From contig JAZDEL010000001.1 of the NCBI GenBank assembly GCA_043808785.1, positions 180,001 to 212,000 on the forward strand: a DNA stretch of 32,000 nucleotides. Reading direction: 5' to 3'. The position numbers and the translations under genes are program-made. The notes under the pieces were generated by a model. It had not been told where the DNA came from and did not search any database. It saw only the letters and a program-made list of their open reading frames with translations. Source of the stretch: Candidatus Iainarchaeum sp. Lineage in GTDB: Archaea; Iainarchaeota; Iainarchaeia; Iainarchaeales; JAZDEL01. The first letter of the stretch is position 1, and each line of letters opens with the position of its first letter. Shown here in pieces: positions 15,710-22,953 of the stretch.

Positions 15710-15895
15710 TTACATATCCCCCATGTCTCCGCCCATCAGCTTTTGGGAGCGCGGTCGTCGCTATTTTGCCTTGCGGCAAAATGCGCGCATTCGGCTCAAG
15801 CCGAATAGCGTCGCCTTGAGCTCACTCCCGCTTCCCAAAAGTTGGCAAAACTGCCCTGCTGGCGGCAGTTACATATCCCCCATGTCTCCGCCCAT
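15710..15895. repeat. 27-nt perfect direct repeat pair (15710-15736 and 15869-15895) flanking a 132-nt hairpin-rich spacer
   Basis: ttacatatcccccatgtctccgcccat occurs twice. The second copy is the stop codon plus the last 8 codons (MGGDMGDM*) of the thermosome gene. The spacer contains ATTTTGCC-ttgc-GGCAAAAT, ATTCGGCT-ca-AGCCGAAT, CTGCC...GGCAG, and an outer pairing of CTTTTGGGAGCG (15739) with CGCTTCCCAAAAG (15829). Confidence 0.85.
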
Positions 15896-17521
15896 TCCGC
15901 CCATGCCTCCGGGCGGCATCCTGGGCCCCGAACTCTTGCTCCCGCCCGCTATGATATCGTCGATGCGCAGCAGCATCTCCGCGACTTCTGAACCCGAGGT
16001 TATCGCCTGCGTCTTTATGCTCAGCGGCTCTATAACCTTCGCCTCCTTCATGTTGGAGAACTTCGCATTGTAGACATCGACGCCTATATACTTGCCTTCC
16101 TTGCCGGTGTGCTTGTTCCTGAGGCCGACAAGCGTGTCTATCGGGTCCATTCCCGCGGTTTCCGCGAGCGTGCGGGGAATTACCTCGAGGGTTTCGGCGA
16201 ACGCCTCTATCGCAAGCTGCTCCCTTCCGCCGAACTTCTTCGCGTATTCCCTGAGTTTCATCGCGACCTCTATCTCCGAGCTTCCGCCGCCACTGACAAT
16301 CTTGCCGTCCCTTACCGCCGAGGAGGTTGCGCCTATTGCGTCGTGCACCGCCCTCTCCGCCTCATCAACAACGTGCTCCGAGCCTCCGCGCACAAGCAGC
16401 GAAACAGACTTGGGGTTTGTGCACCCTTCCACAAACACCATTTCGTCGCCCGCAATCTTCTTCTCCCTTACAACCGCGGCTTTTCCGAGGTCGGATTCCG
16501 AAAGGTCCGCAATCCTGCTCACTACCTTTCCGCCCGTGGCTCTTGCAAGCGCGTCCATGTCGCTCTTCTTCACGCGCCTTACCGCAACTATCTTTTCCTT
16601 CGCAAGGAAGTGCTGTGCCAAATCATCTATCCCTTTCTGTGTTATCAGCACATTTGCCCCCGAGGCCTTTACCTTTTCAACCATGTCCCTGAGCATCTTC
16701 TCTTCCTGGTCTATGAATGCCTGCATCTGGTCGGGAGATGTTATCTCAATCTTCGCGTCGGTTTCCGTGTCCTTTATCTCGAGCGCGGCGTCAAGCAGTG
16801 CAATCTTCGCGCCCTTCACGTTTCTGGGCATTCCCGCGTGCACTATTTCCTTGTCTATCACGATTCCCTTGACAAGTTCGCTGTCCGCTATGCTTGCTCC
16901 AACCTTCTTCTCGACCTTTATATTATCCATATTAATTACTGTCTTGCCGTCTTCCTTGTCCGCAACCGTCTGTATCGCGTCGACAACCAAATCGGCAAGC
17001 TCCCCCGCGCTTTCCGCGCTCTTGCCCGTCATCGAGGTCATTGCAATGTCGCGCAGCGCCTTCCTGTCGTCGAATGTGATGTCGTCGGAAATTTCCCTGT
17101 AGAACTCCTTTGCCTTTTTTGCCGCCTCCCTGTAGCCCTTGATTATTATGCTCGGGTGTATGTCGTCGTCAAGCAGCCTTTCCGCCTTGTGCAGGAGCTC
17201 GCCCGCGATTATGACCGCGGTCGTTGTCCCGTCCCCTACCTCGTCGTCCTGCGTTTTCGCGACCTCGACCATCATTTTTCCCGCGGGATGGTCGATGCTC
17301 ATCTCGCCGAGGATTGTCGCGCCGTCGTTGCTTATTGTCACATCCCCGAGCTCGTCAACAATCATCTTGTCCATTCCCTTCGGTCCAAGCGTGCTCTTCA
17401 CAGCCTGCGCCACAGCGCGCGCTATGAGTATGTTAATCCTCTGGGCATCCCTGCCCCTTACCCTTTTGGAACCTTCCGTGAGAAATACCACCGGCTGGTT
17501 CATCTGCTGTTCTCCGCCCAT
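15869..17521 (-). CDS. ths: thermosome subunit (group II chaperonin)
   Basis: Track ORF runs to 17587. The ATG at 17521 is preceded by GGAGGTG with a 7-nt spacer. Motifs include [36 protein letters not shown] and a C-terminal [13 protein letters not shown] tail. Confidence 0.92.
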   Translation of the reverse strand: MGGEQQMNQPVVFLTEGSKRVRGRDAQRINILIARAVAQAVKSTLGPKGMDKMIVDELGDVTISNDGATILGEMSIDHPAGKMMVEVAKTQDDEVGDGTTTAVIIAGELLHKAERLLDDDIHPSIIIKGYREAAKKAKEFYREISDDITFDDRKALRDIAMTSMTGKSAESAGELADLVVDAIQTVADKEDGKTVINMDNIKVEKKVGASIADSELVKGIVIDKEIVHAGMPRNVKGAKIALLDAALEIKDTETDAKIEITSPDQMQAFIDQEEKMLRDMVEKVKASGANVLITQKGIDDLAQHFLAKEKIVAVRRVKKSDMDALARATGGKVVSRIADLSESDLGKAAVVREKKIAGDEMVFVEGCTNPKSVSLLVRGGSEHVVDEAERAVHDAIGATSSAVRDGKIVSGGGSSEIEVAMKLREYAKKFGGREQLAIEAFAETLEVIPRTLAETAGMDPIDTLVGLRNKHTGKEGKYIGVDVYNAKFSNMKEAKVIEPLSIKTQAITSGSEVAEMLLRIDDIIAGGSKSSGPRMPPGGMGGMGGDMGDM

Positions 17522-17610
17522 GTTAAAACACCTCCAAGTGTGAATTTGGCTTAACCTTAAATCTGAAAAAACAAACAACAAACCCAAACACGAACCCGAA
17601 ACGGGTTCGT

Positions 17611-17695
17611 TGGTTTTTGGTTATTTTTGGGGTTTTCCGGTTTTTTGTTTTTTGCGTTTTTTCGGGTTTTTTTGCGGGTTTTCAGGGCTTTTTAG
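17611..17695. promoter_or_regulatory. phased T/A-tract array upstream of the thermosome promoter
   Basis: Nine T4-T7 runs start at 17614, 17624, 17633, 17641, 17648, 17657, 17667, 17679 and 17689, spaced 7-12 nt apart. A perfect hairpin CGAACCCG-aaa-CGGGTTCG lies adjacent at 17591-17609. Confidence 0.6.
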
Positions 17696-17841
17696 CCCTT
17701 CCCCGCACTAACCCTGCCATACAATCTTGATGGATATAGGGTTTAAAAACCTTCCCGCATTTTTGCTGGATGTGGGCGGGATAAGCCGTGCCCGCAGGCA
17801 GGGCGCATTCTTTTTTAATGTCCTGTGAACGCATATTTCGT

Positions 17842-18774
17842 ATGAATAAGAAAACTGCCGAAATAGCAAAGCGCATTATGAGCGACGATTTTTTAGATGA
17901 TTTTGAAAAAAGTTATTTGGCAAAAAAGGAAGAGATGGAACGCTTGTGTTGTGCTGAAACATTTGATTTGGTTGATAAATTCCAACTTCAGGGAACGGAT
18001 GAGATCTTCATAGAATCTGATATAATGGCTGACCTTAATCGCCCCCACTTTAGCAGAGGGCAGCCTATCCGGAAAATAGTGAATAACGGGGTGGTGATAT
18101 CTAAATTTTTAAATTGCCTGAGGCACACTAAAGCGCTCAAAAATGTTGTTGAGGGGCCAGTGAATTATTCGATGACTTTTTATGGCAATGGTCTGGAAAT
18201 ATTCAACTTACGGATAAATACTCAGCCTATTGGCAGATTTATTCGGTTTTCCGAAAATCTTGGGCGGGTTCCTCCCGCGAATTTTTATGTTTTGTTGAAG
18301 GAAATCTTGGAGAGTAATAAGTGGGATGCGAAGGATAATTTGGCATTTTCCATATACGCCGATAAGCGCAGGTACTCATTGGGCGAGCGTATAACGCTTA
18401 AGGCAACCTTAAAAAATATCGGGACTCAACCCGCTTTAATCCACCATTTTCTTTGTTTAACGGGAAGGTCTTGGGGCGAGTGGGGCGGTGGCGTATGCCC
18501 TAAAATAATGGATCCTGCGGATAATCTTTTGAGATATGATTCGAGTATGATTTTTATGGAATCCTCATGGCCTTTTGGGGCGGAGTGGTTTCTAACCTTA
18601 AAACCTGGGGCGGGTTTTGCCGGCAACATATATGACCCTCGCGATGGAACATTATGCATTAAAGAAAAAGGAGTGTATAAAATTCAGTGTTATTATCTTA
18701 GCCATGTGGATGCTAAAGCCAGCATTTGGAGAGGCACAGTTCTGTCTAATGTGATTCAGATAAACATTGTCTGA
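17842..18774 (+). CDS. hypothetical protein (AT-rich orphan)
   Basis: Track ORF 17788..18774. The ATG at 17842 (MNKKTAEIAKR...) is the likely start. The gene is visibly more AT-rich than its neighbours. The C-terminal part (SLGERITLKATLKNIGTQPA...) looks like a beta-sandwich of CARDB type. There is no signal peptide. Confidence 0.6.
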   Translation: MNKKTAEIAKRIMSDDFLDDFEKSYLAKKEEMERLCCAETFDLVDKFQLQGTDEIFIESDIMADLNRPHFSRGQPIRKIVNNGVVISKFLNCLRHTKALKNVVEGPVNYSMTFYGNGLEIFNLRINTQPIGRFIRFSENLGRVPPANFYVLLKEILESNKWDAKDNLAFSIYADKRRYSLGERITLKATLKNIGTQPALIHHFLCLTGRSWGEWGGGVCPKIMDPADNLLRYDSSMIFMESSWPFGAEWFLTLKPGAGFAGNIYDPRDGTLCIKEKGVYKIQCYYLSHVDAKASIWRGTVLSNVIQINIV

Positions 18775-18813
18775 GAACTGTGCCAGTCAGGTTGCTGTTT
18801 GTTTGAAGGCGTG

Positions 18814-18905
18814 TCAACTTCCCTTTTTGCCCTTCACAGCGCCCTTATACAGCGCCTCGGTTTCATTCGCAATCTTCCCGATAGTGAACCCGCGCGCCGA
18901 ATTTT
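18814..18905 (-). pseudogene. relic of a GT4 glycosyltransferase 3' end
   Basis: The minus strand reads NSARGFTIGKIANETEALYKGAVKGKKGS*, compared with KTARAFTIEKIAKETEALYKGAL... at the end of the intact GT4 gene (19893-19978). About 80% of nucleotides are identical by eye. No start codon or upstream ORF is present. Confidence 0.75.
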
Positions 18906-18919
18906 TATTTGCGCGCGCC

Positions 18920-19819
18920 CTAATCCCCTTCAAAATATTTCTCCATCACATACCTTACAAACGGCCTTTCCTTGCGCTCTATCTGGTATTTGTCGAGGGC
19001 GTTGTAATAATTCTCTATATCCTCTATCTTTATGTCAATCATGGGGTAGCCTTTCTTCCACAAAATCCAGTTCATAAGCAGCCTTGAAACCCTGCTGTTC
19101 CCGTCCGTAAAGGGCTGGATGGAGTTTATTTTCAGGTGCGTAAGCGCGGCAAGTTCCAGCGGGTGCAGCCTCCTGCTGTTTGCCCCGTACCATTTAAAGA
19201 ATTCCGCAATCTCCTTATCAAGCACGTTCCATTTGGGCGGGACATAGGGCGTGCCCGCAATCTTCACGTCCCTTTTGAGCCCGCTCCGAAATTTTCCCGT
19301 GATTGCATCATCCACACCCGCGAAAAGTATTTTATGCAGTTTTTTCAGGAACCCCATGCCCAGCCTGCCCCTGAATTTCGTTATAGCCACAACTCCCTTT
19401 TCGTGGTTCTCCACTTCCTTCACTGTGCGGAGGCTCCTGAAACCTTTCGGCACTATGCCGTCCTTGAGTATGAGCGAGGTCTGCCTCAGGGTTACATTAA
19501 CACCCGAGAGCTTGCTGCTGTCATAGGTAAACCTTATCATGAACTGCCCGAGGCGCCTGCTTTTCTCCAAAGGGCTGAGCGATTTCAGCTCCTTTGCATT
19601 GCGTTCCTTTATTTCCGCTATGCGTGCCGCTTCCTCCGCCGAGAAGTACCTGTACCTGCCTTCCTCGGTCTCCCTGATGAATTCTTCCTTCAGCCGTTCC
19701 AGCCTCGCTTTTGGCGGCAGGGTTTTGCCTATGTATCGCGATTCTTTCACTACCTTTTTCCCTTTCCTTACGGAACGGACGAGGACATAGTAGCCGTTAA
19801 TCTTCCTTATGAAAACCAT
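18920..19819 (-). CDS. Fic-domain protein with degenerate active-site motif
   Basis: 299 aa. The Fic motif position reads IQPFTDGNSRVSR rather than the canonical HPFxDGNGRxxR, so His is replaced by Gln (codon CAG) and GNGR by GNSR. The N-terminal region is homologous to the second Fic protein, but the S/TxxxEG inhibitory motif reads SSKLSG and lacks the Glu. Confidence 0.8.
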   Translation of the reverse strand: MVFIRKINGYYVLVRSVRKGKKVVKESRYIGKTLPPKARLERLKEEFIRETEEGRYRYFSAEEAARIAEIKERNAKELKSLSPLEKSRRLGQFMIRFTYDSSKLSGVNVTLRQTSLILKDGIVPKGFRSLRTVKEVENHEKGVVAITKFRGRLGMGFLKKLHKILFAGVDDAITGKFRSGLKRDVKIAGTPYVPPKWNVLDKEIAEFFKWYGANSRRLHPLELAALTHLKINSIQPFTDGNSRVSRLLMNWILWKKGYPMIDIKIEDIENYYNALDKYQIERKERPFVRYVMEKYFEGD

Positions 19820-19820
19820 A

Positions 19821-19834
19821 GTATAATATTATAC
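19821..19834. promoter_or_regulatory. perfect 14-bp palindrome abutting the Fic start codon
   Basis: GTATAATATTATAC lies 1 nt upstream of the ATG (19819-19817). A TATA-like TTATTTAAAC is at 19842-19851. Confidence 0.5.
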
Positions 19835-19845
19835 ACCACACTTAT

Positions 19846-21153
19846 TTAAACGTTTCGTTTATGCACCACATTTGCGCCGTGCCCTTCCTCAGCCCTATTT
19901 CCCCTTCGCAGCGCCCCTTTGTACAGCGCCTCCGTCTCCTTCGCAATCTTTTCGATTGTGAACGCGCGCGCGGTTTTCAACGCGGCTTTCCCCATTTTTT
20001 CCCTCAGCGCCTCTGAGTGGATTAATTTTTCCATCTTGTCAGCAAGCTCCGCATGGTCGAACGGCTTGAAAAGGAACCCGTTCACCCCGTCCTTTATTGA
20101 ATCAGGAATTGCAAGGCAGTCCGCCCCGATGCAGGGTAAGCCTGTTGCCATCGATTCCATGATAGTTAACCCTTGTGTCTCGATTGTAGATGCAGTTACA
20201 AAAAAATCATGCCCCGCAACATGCTTCGCAAGCGCGTCGCTCTTCATCGGCGCGTTGAAAACAACATTCTTCCCCAAACCCTCCGCATGCGCGGTTTTTT
20301 TTATTTTCTCGAGCGCAGGCCCCGAGCCCGTGATTGTTAATTCCGCATCGACACCGCGCGCCCGCAGCTCCCTCAGCGCGAAAAGCAGGAACTCTATGTT
20401 CTTCTCATAACCTATCCTGCCGAAGTAAATCATTTTCGCCTTTCCCGTGCGCGAAAGCGCGTATTTTTTCTTCGCGAATTTGTTGGTCCGCCCCTTGCGC
20501 GCGAGCGCGTATTTTTTCTTCGCGAATTTGTTGAACCTTTTGAAATCAATCGCGTTCGCCAGCACGCGCACATGTTTAATGCCCTTTTTTTCCAGCTCGC
20601 GCTTCATTGTGTTGCTGGGCACGGTTACAATATCGCACTTGTTGTAGAACCTCCTCACGTACGCCCATGCAAGGTGCTTTGCAGGTGCGGTTTTCCTGAT
20701 GAGCGGCAGGGGGAGATACATAAGGAACTCGGGAATGTGCGTGTGGTACGTGCCAATCACGGGCACCCTGTGCCTTTTCCCGTATCTCCTGCCCAGCACC
20801 CCTATCCCGAAAGGGGTTTGCACATGCACAACTTCGGGCTTGAATTTTTTGAGTTCGCTGTTCAGCCTTCCCGAACGCAAATCAGTAATCCTGTAATCTT
20901 TGTAGGTAGGCAATGCAATTGAGGGTAAGCAAACAACCGTTGTTCCTCCAGCACTCCCGCCCCCGCGCTTCCCCTTGCTGCGGGGCGCGGTTGCGCGCTT
21001 CTCCTCCTTCACCTCGAACTTCAGCCCTGTTGCAGGGGCGACAATAAGTATCTCATTCCCCATTTCCGCGAGCGCCGTGGCTGTATTTTCAATCTGCGTA
21101 ACCACGCCGTTTATCTGGGGCTTGTAAGTGTCCGTGAATAGCGCAATTTTCAT
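19846..21153 (-). CDS. GT4-family (GT-B fold) glycosyltransferase
   Basis: Track ORF runs to 21189 with a TTG start. The ATG at 21153 (MKIALFTDTYKPQINGVV) is preceded by GAAGGCGAAAGGG. It shows a typical GT4 N-terminus, YFGRIGYEKN and ETQGLTIMESMATGLPCI (the E-x7-E region). Confidence 0.85.
   Translation of the reverse strand: MKIALFTDTYKPQINGVVTQIENTATALAEMGNEILIVAPATGLKFEVKEEKRATAPRSKGKRGGGSAGGTTVVCLPSIALPTYKDYRITDLRSGRLNSELKKFKPEVVHVQTPFGIGVLGRRYGKRHRVPVIGTYHTHIPEFLMYLPLPLIRKTAPAKHLAWAYVRRFYNKCDIVTVPSNTMKRELEKKGIKHVRVLANAIDFKRFNKFAKKKYALARKGRTNKFAKKKYALSRTGKAKMIYFGRIGYEKNIEFLLFALRELRARGVDAELTITGSGPALEKIKKTAHAEGLGKNVVFNAPMKSDALAKHVAGHDFFVTASTIETQGLTIMESMATGLPCIGADCLAIPDSIKDGVNGFLFKPFDHAELADKMEKLIHSEALREKMGKAALKTARAFTIEKIAKETEALYKGALRRGNRAEEGHGANVVHKRNV
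20449..20544. repeat. in-frame 48-bp tandem duplication inside the GT4 gene
   Basis: agcgcgtattttttcttcgcgaatttgtt occurs at 20456-20484 and 20504-20532 (29/29). It encodes NKFAKKKYALARKGRT followed by NKFAKKKYALSRTGKA. Confidence 0.85.
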
Positions 21154-21192
21154 CCCTTTCGCCTTCGTGGCTTTCTGCGGAGTGCGCAATCT

Positions 21193-21798
21193 TCATCGCC
21201 CTCCTCCCCTTCCGTGGTAATTGAACCTCATCGAACTTATATCTTCCCTGTTTATTTCAAACATCCTCGCCCCGCGCTTTGTCTTGCATTTGTACCTGCA
21301 TGAGGGCGTGAAATACCCGTGGAAATTTTTGGAGAAAAACGCCTCGTCCCACACTTCATCAAAAACCGCGCCCGCTTTCGGCTCTATAATTATCATCTTC
21401 CCGCCTTTCTTAAGCACCCTCGCGGTTTCGCGCATCGCCCTTGCGTGCTTTGCCCTTGGTATGTGGTGCAGCACATGCGCAAAAACAGCGACATCAAAAC
21501 TTTCATCCGCGAAAGGCATCTTCTCCGCGCCCGCGCCGAACACGGGGTAAGGGAGCATTGCCGCGCGCCCTTTCACAAGCGCCTTGTCCGCCTCTATCCC
21601 GCGCACGGAATAGCCTTTCCTCGCAAGGCGCTCGCCTGTCAATCCCAGGCCGCACCCCACATCGAGAACCTTGCACCCGCGCGGCAGCATGCGCATGATT
21701 TCGGAAAGGTTCCTCGAGCGTGCGTGCAGCATTATGCACGCCTCCTTTGCGTGCGCATTTTTGAGCATTCCCAAAACAAACTTGTCGACAGCATTCAT
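21193..21798 (-). CDS. class I SAM-dependent methyltransferase
   Basis: 201 aa. Motifs are VLDVGCGLGLTGERLARKGYSVRGIE, FDVAVFAHVLHHIP and LKKGGKMIIIEP. The start ATG overlaps the Fic stop codon as ATGA (21795-21798). Confidence 0.85.
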   Translation of the reverse strand: MNAVDKFVLGMLKNAHAKEACIMLHARSRNLSEIMRMLPRGCKVLDVGCGLGLTGERLARKGYSVRGIEADKALVKGRAAMLPYPVFGAGAEKMPFADESFDVAVFAHVLHHIPRAKHARAMRETARVLKKGGKMIIIEPKAGAVFDEVWDEAFFSKNFHGYFTPSCRYKCKTKRGARMFEINREDISSMRFNYHGRGGGR

Positions 21799-22808
21799 CG
21801 AACCGCCCCATCTCCGCCTGCGGCATTAATTTTTTTCCCTGATTTCAGGTGCTGCCGCACTATCTCTTCCGCAAGGAAACCTGTGAACGGCTTGTGGTTA
21901 TTAATGTTCCCCGCAGCCTGTGTTTTCATGTAAGCCGCCCTTCTTTTTAAAGGTATGTTCGTGAACGGGAACCCTTTCTGCTGCAGTATGTAATTCATAA
22001 GCAGCCTCGCCATCCTTCCGTTGCCGTCAGCAAACGGGTGAATGCCCGTGAACTTTGTGTGGAATTTCGCAGCCAGTTCCGCAGGGTGAACCAGTTTTTC
22101 GTTCTCCCCGAGCCATTGCACAAGGCCTTTCATCATGCCGGGAACTTCCTGCGGAAGCGGAAATTCGTGCTCCGAGCCCGCAATGTAGACTTTCACGGGC
22201 CTGTAAATTCCCTGATATTTTTCATAGCCCGAAATCCTGTCAAGGAGAATGTAGTGCAGCTGAAGAATCATTTTTTCCGAAAGCCTTTCTTCGAGCCGCA
22301 TATATTTGTCGTACCTGTCGAGGCAAGCCTTGAGGTTCAGCGCCTCCTGCTCTTCGCGGTCTATTCCCGTTACAATTATGTTTTTTTTCTCGTATTTTTT
22401 TATTTCTTTTTCCTGCCCTATTATTCTCGAGGTTTCGCTGTAATTAAGGGAACTCCCTTCTATTGCATTGGAGTCGGTTATGAAGGTGATTCGCTCCCTT
22501 CTCACAAAATCCTCCCTCTGCAGTTCCGTTAGCCTGCGCAGGAACTTTTTCTTTTTTTCGGAGGCCGCCTGCAGCTGCAGGGCTTTCTTGTTTGGGATGA
22601 ACTCCGTCAGCGGCGGAACAAGCACTGCGTGCTTTTTTCGCCCGCACTTCTTCTTCAGTTCATCAAACGCTTCCAAAAGGGCTTCATTCCCCGGCTTTTC
22701 CGGCCCGAGGTAAATGCTTTCCTTTACCCATTTTTTCCCGCGCTTGAACGACTCTTCGAGGTAGTAGTAGGTTTTGCCCTTCACAACCCTTTTGCTTACA
22801 AGGCACAT
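21795..22808 (-). CDS. Fic-domain protein (canonical motif, class II-type inhibitory motif)
   Basis: 337 aa. GIHPFADGNGRMARLLMNY is the canonical HPFxDGNGRxxR motif. TDSNAIEGSSL matches the S/TxxxEG inhibitory helix. The ATG at 22808 lies about 25 nt downstream of a TTTAAA box, so the transcript is probably leaderless. Confidence 0.88.
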   Translation of the reverse strand: MCLVSKRVVKGKTYYYLEESFKRGKKWVKESIYLGPEKPGNEALLEAFDELKKKCGRKKHAVLVPPLTEFIPNKKALQLQAASEKKKKFLRRLTELQREDFVRRERITFITDSNAIEGSSLNYSETSRIIGQEKEIKKYEKKNIIVTGIDREEQEALNLKACLDRYDKYMRLEERLSEKMILQLHYILLDRISGYEKYQGIYRPVKVYIAGSEHEFPLPQEVPGMMKGLVQWLGENEKLVHPAELAAKFHTKFTGIHPFADGNGRMARLLMNYILQQKGFPFTNIPLKRRAAYMKTQAAGNINNHKPFTGFLAEEIVRQHLKSGKKINAAGGDGAVR

Positions 22809-22813
22809 GCATA

Positions 22814-22950
22814 GTTATCACGGGAAAACATATTTAAACATATCTCCGTGATAACTGCAAGTTATCACTCGCCCGCTTCCAGTACCATGTTTCCGTGATA
22901 ACCGCGGGTTATTACTCAAACCGTTTTCGGCAGGGCGTTTCCGTGATAAC
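22814..22950. promoter_or_regulatory. operator-like array of GTGATAAC/GTTATCAC inverted repeats around the Fic promoter
   Basis: TCCGTGATAAC occurs at 22845, 22892 and 22940, with a period of 47-48 nt. The palindromes are GTGATAAC-tgcaa-GTTATCAC (22848-22868) and GTGATAAC-cgcgg-GTTATTAC (22895-22915). GTTATCACGG (22814-22823) and CCGTGATAAC (22846-22855) bracket the TATA-like ACATATTTAAACATAT. Confidence 0.65.
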
Positions 22951-22953
22951 CCC

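Noticed and set aside
15471-15779. 102-aa minus-strand ORF, and plus-strand ORF 15684..16073, across the thermosome downstream region
   Set aside because: Both span the duplicated 27-mer, the hairpin-rich insert and the terminator. Their translations are low complexity, so the region is better explained as non-coding repeat and structure.
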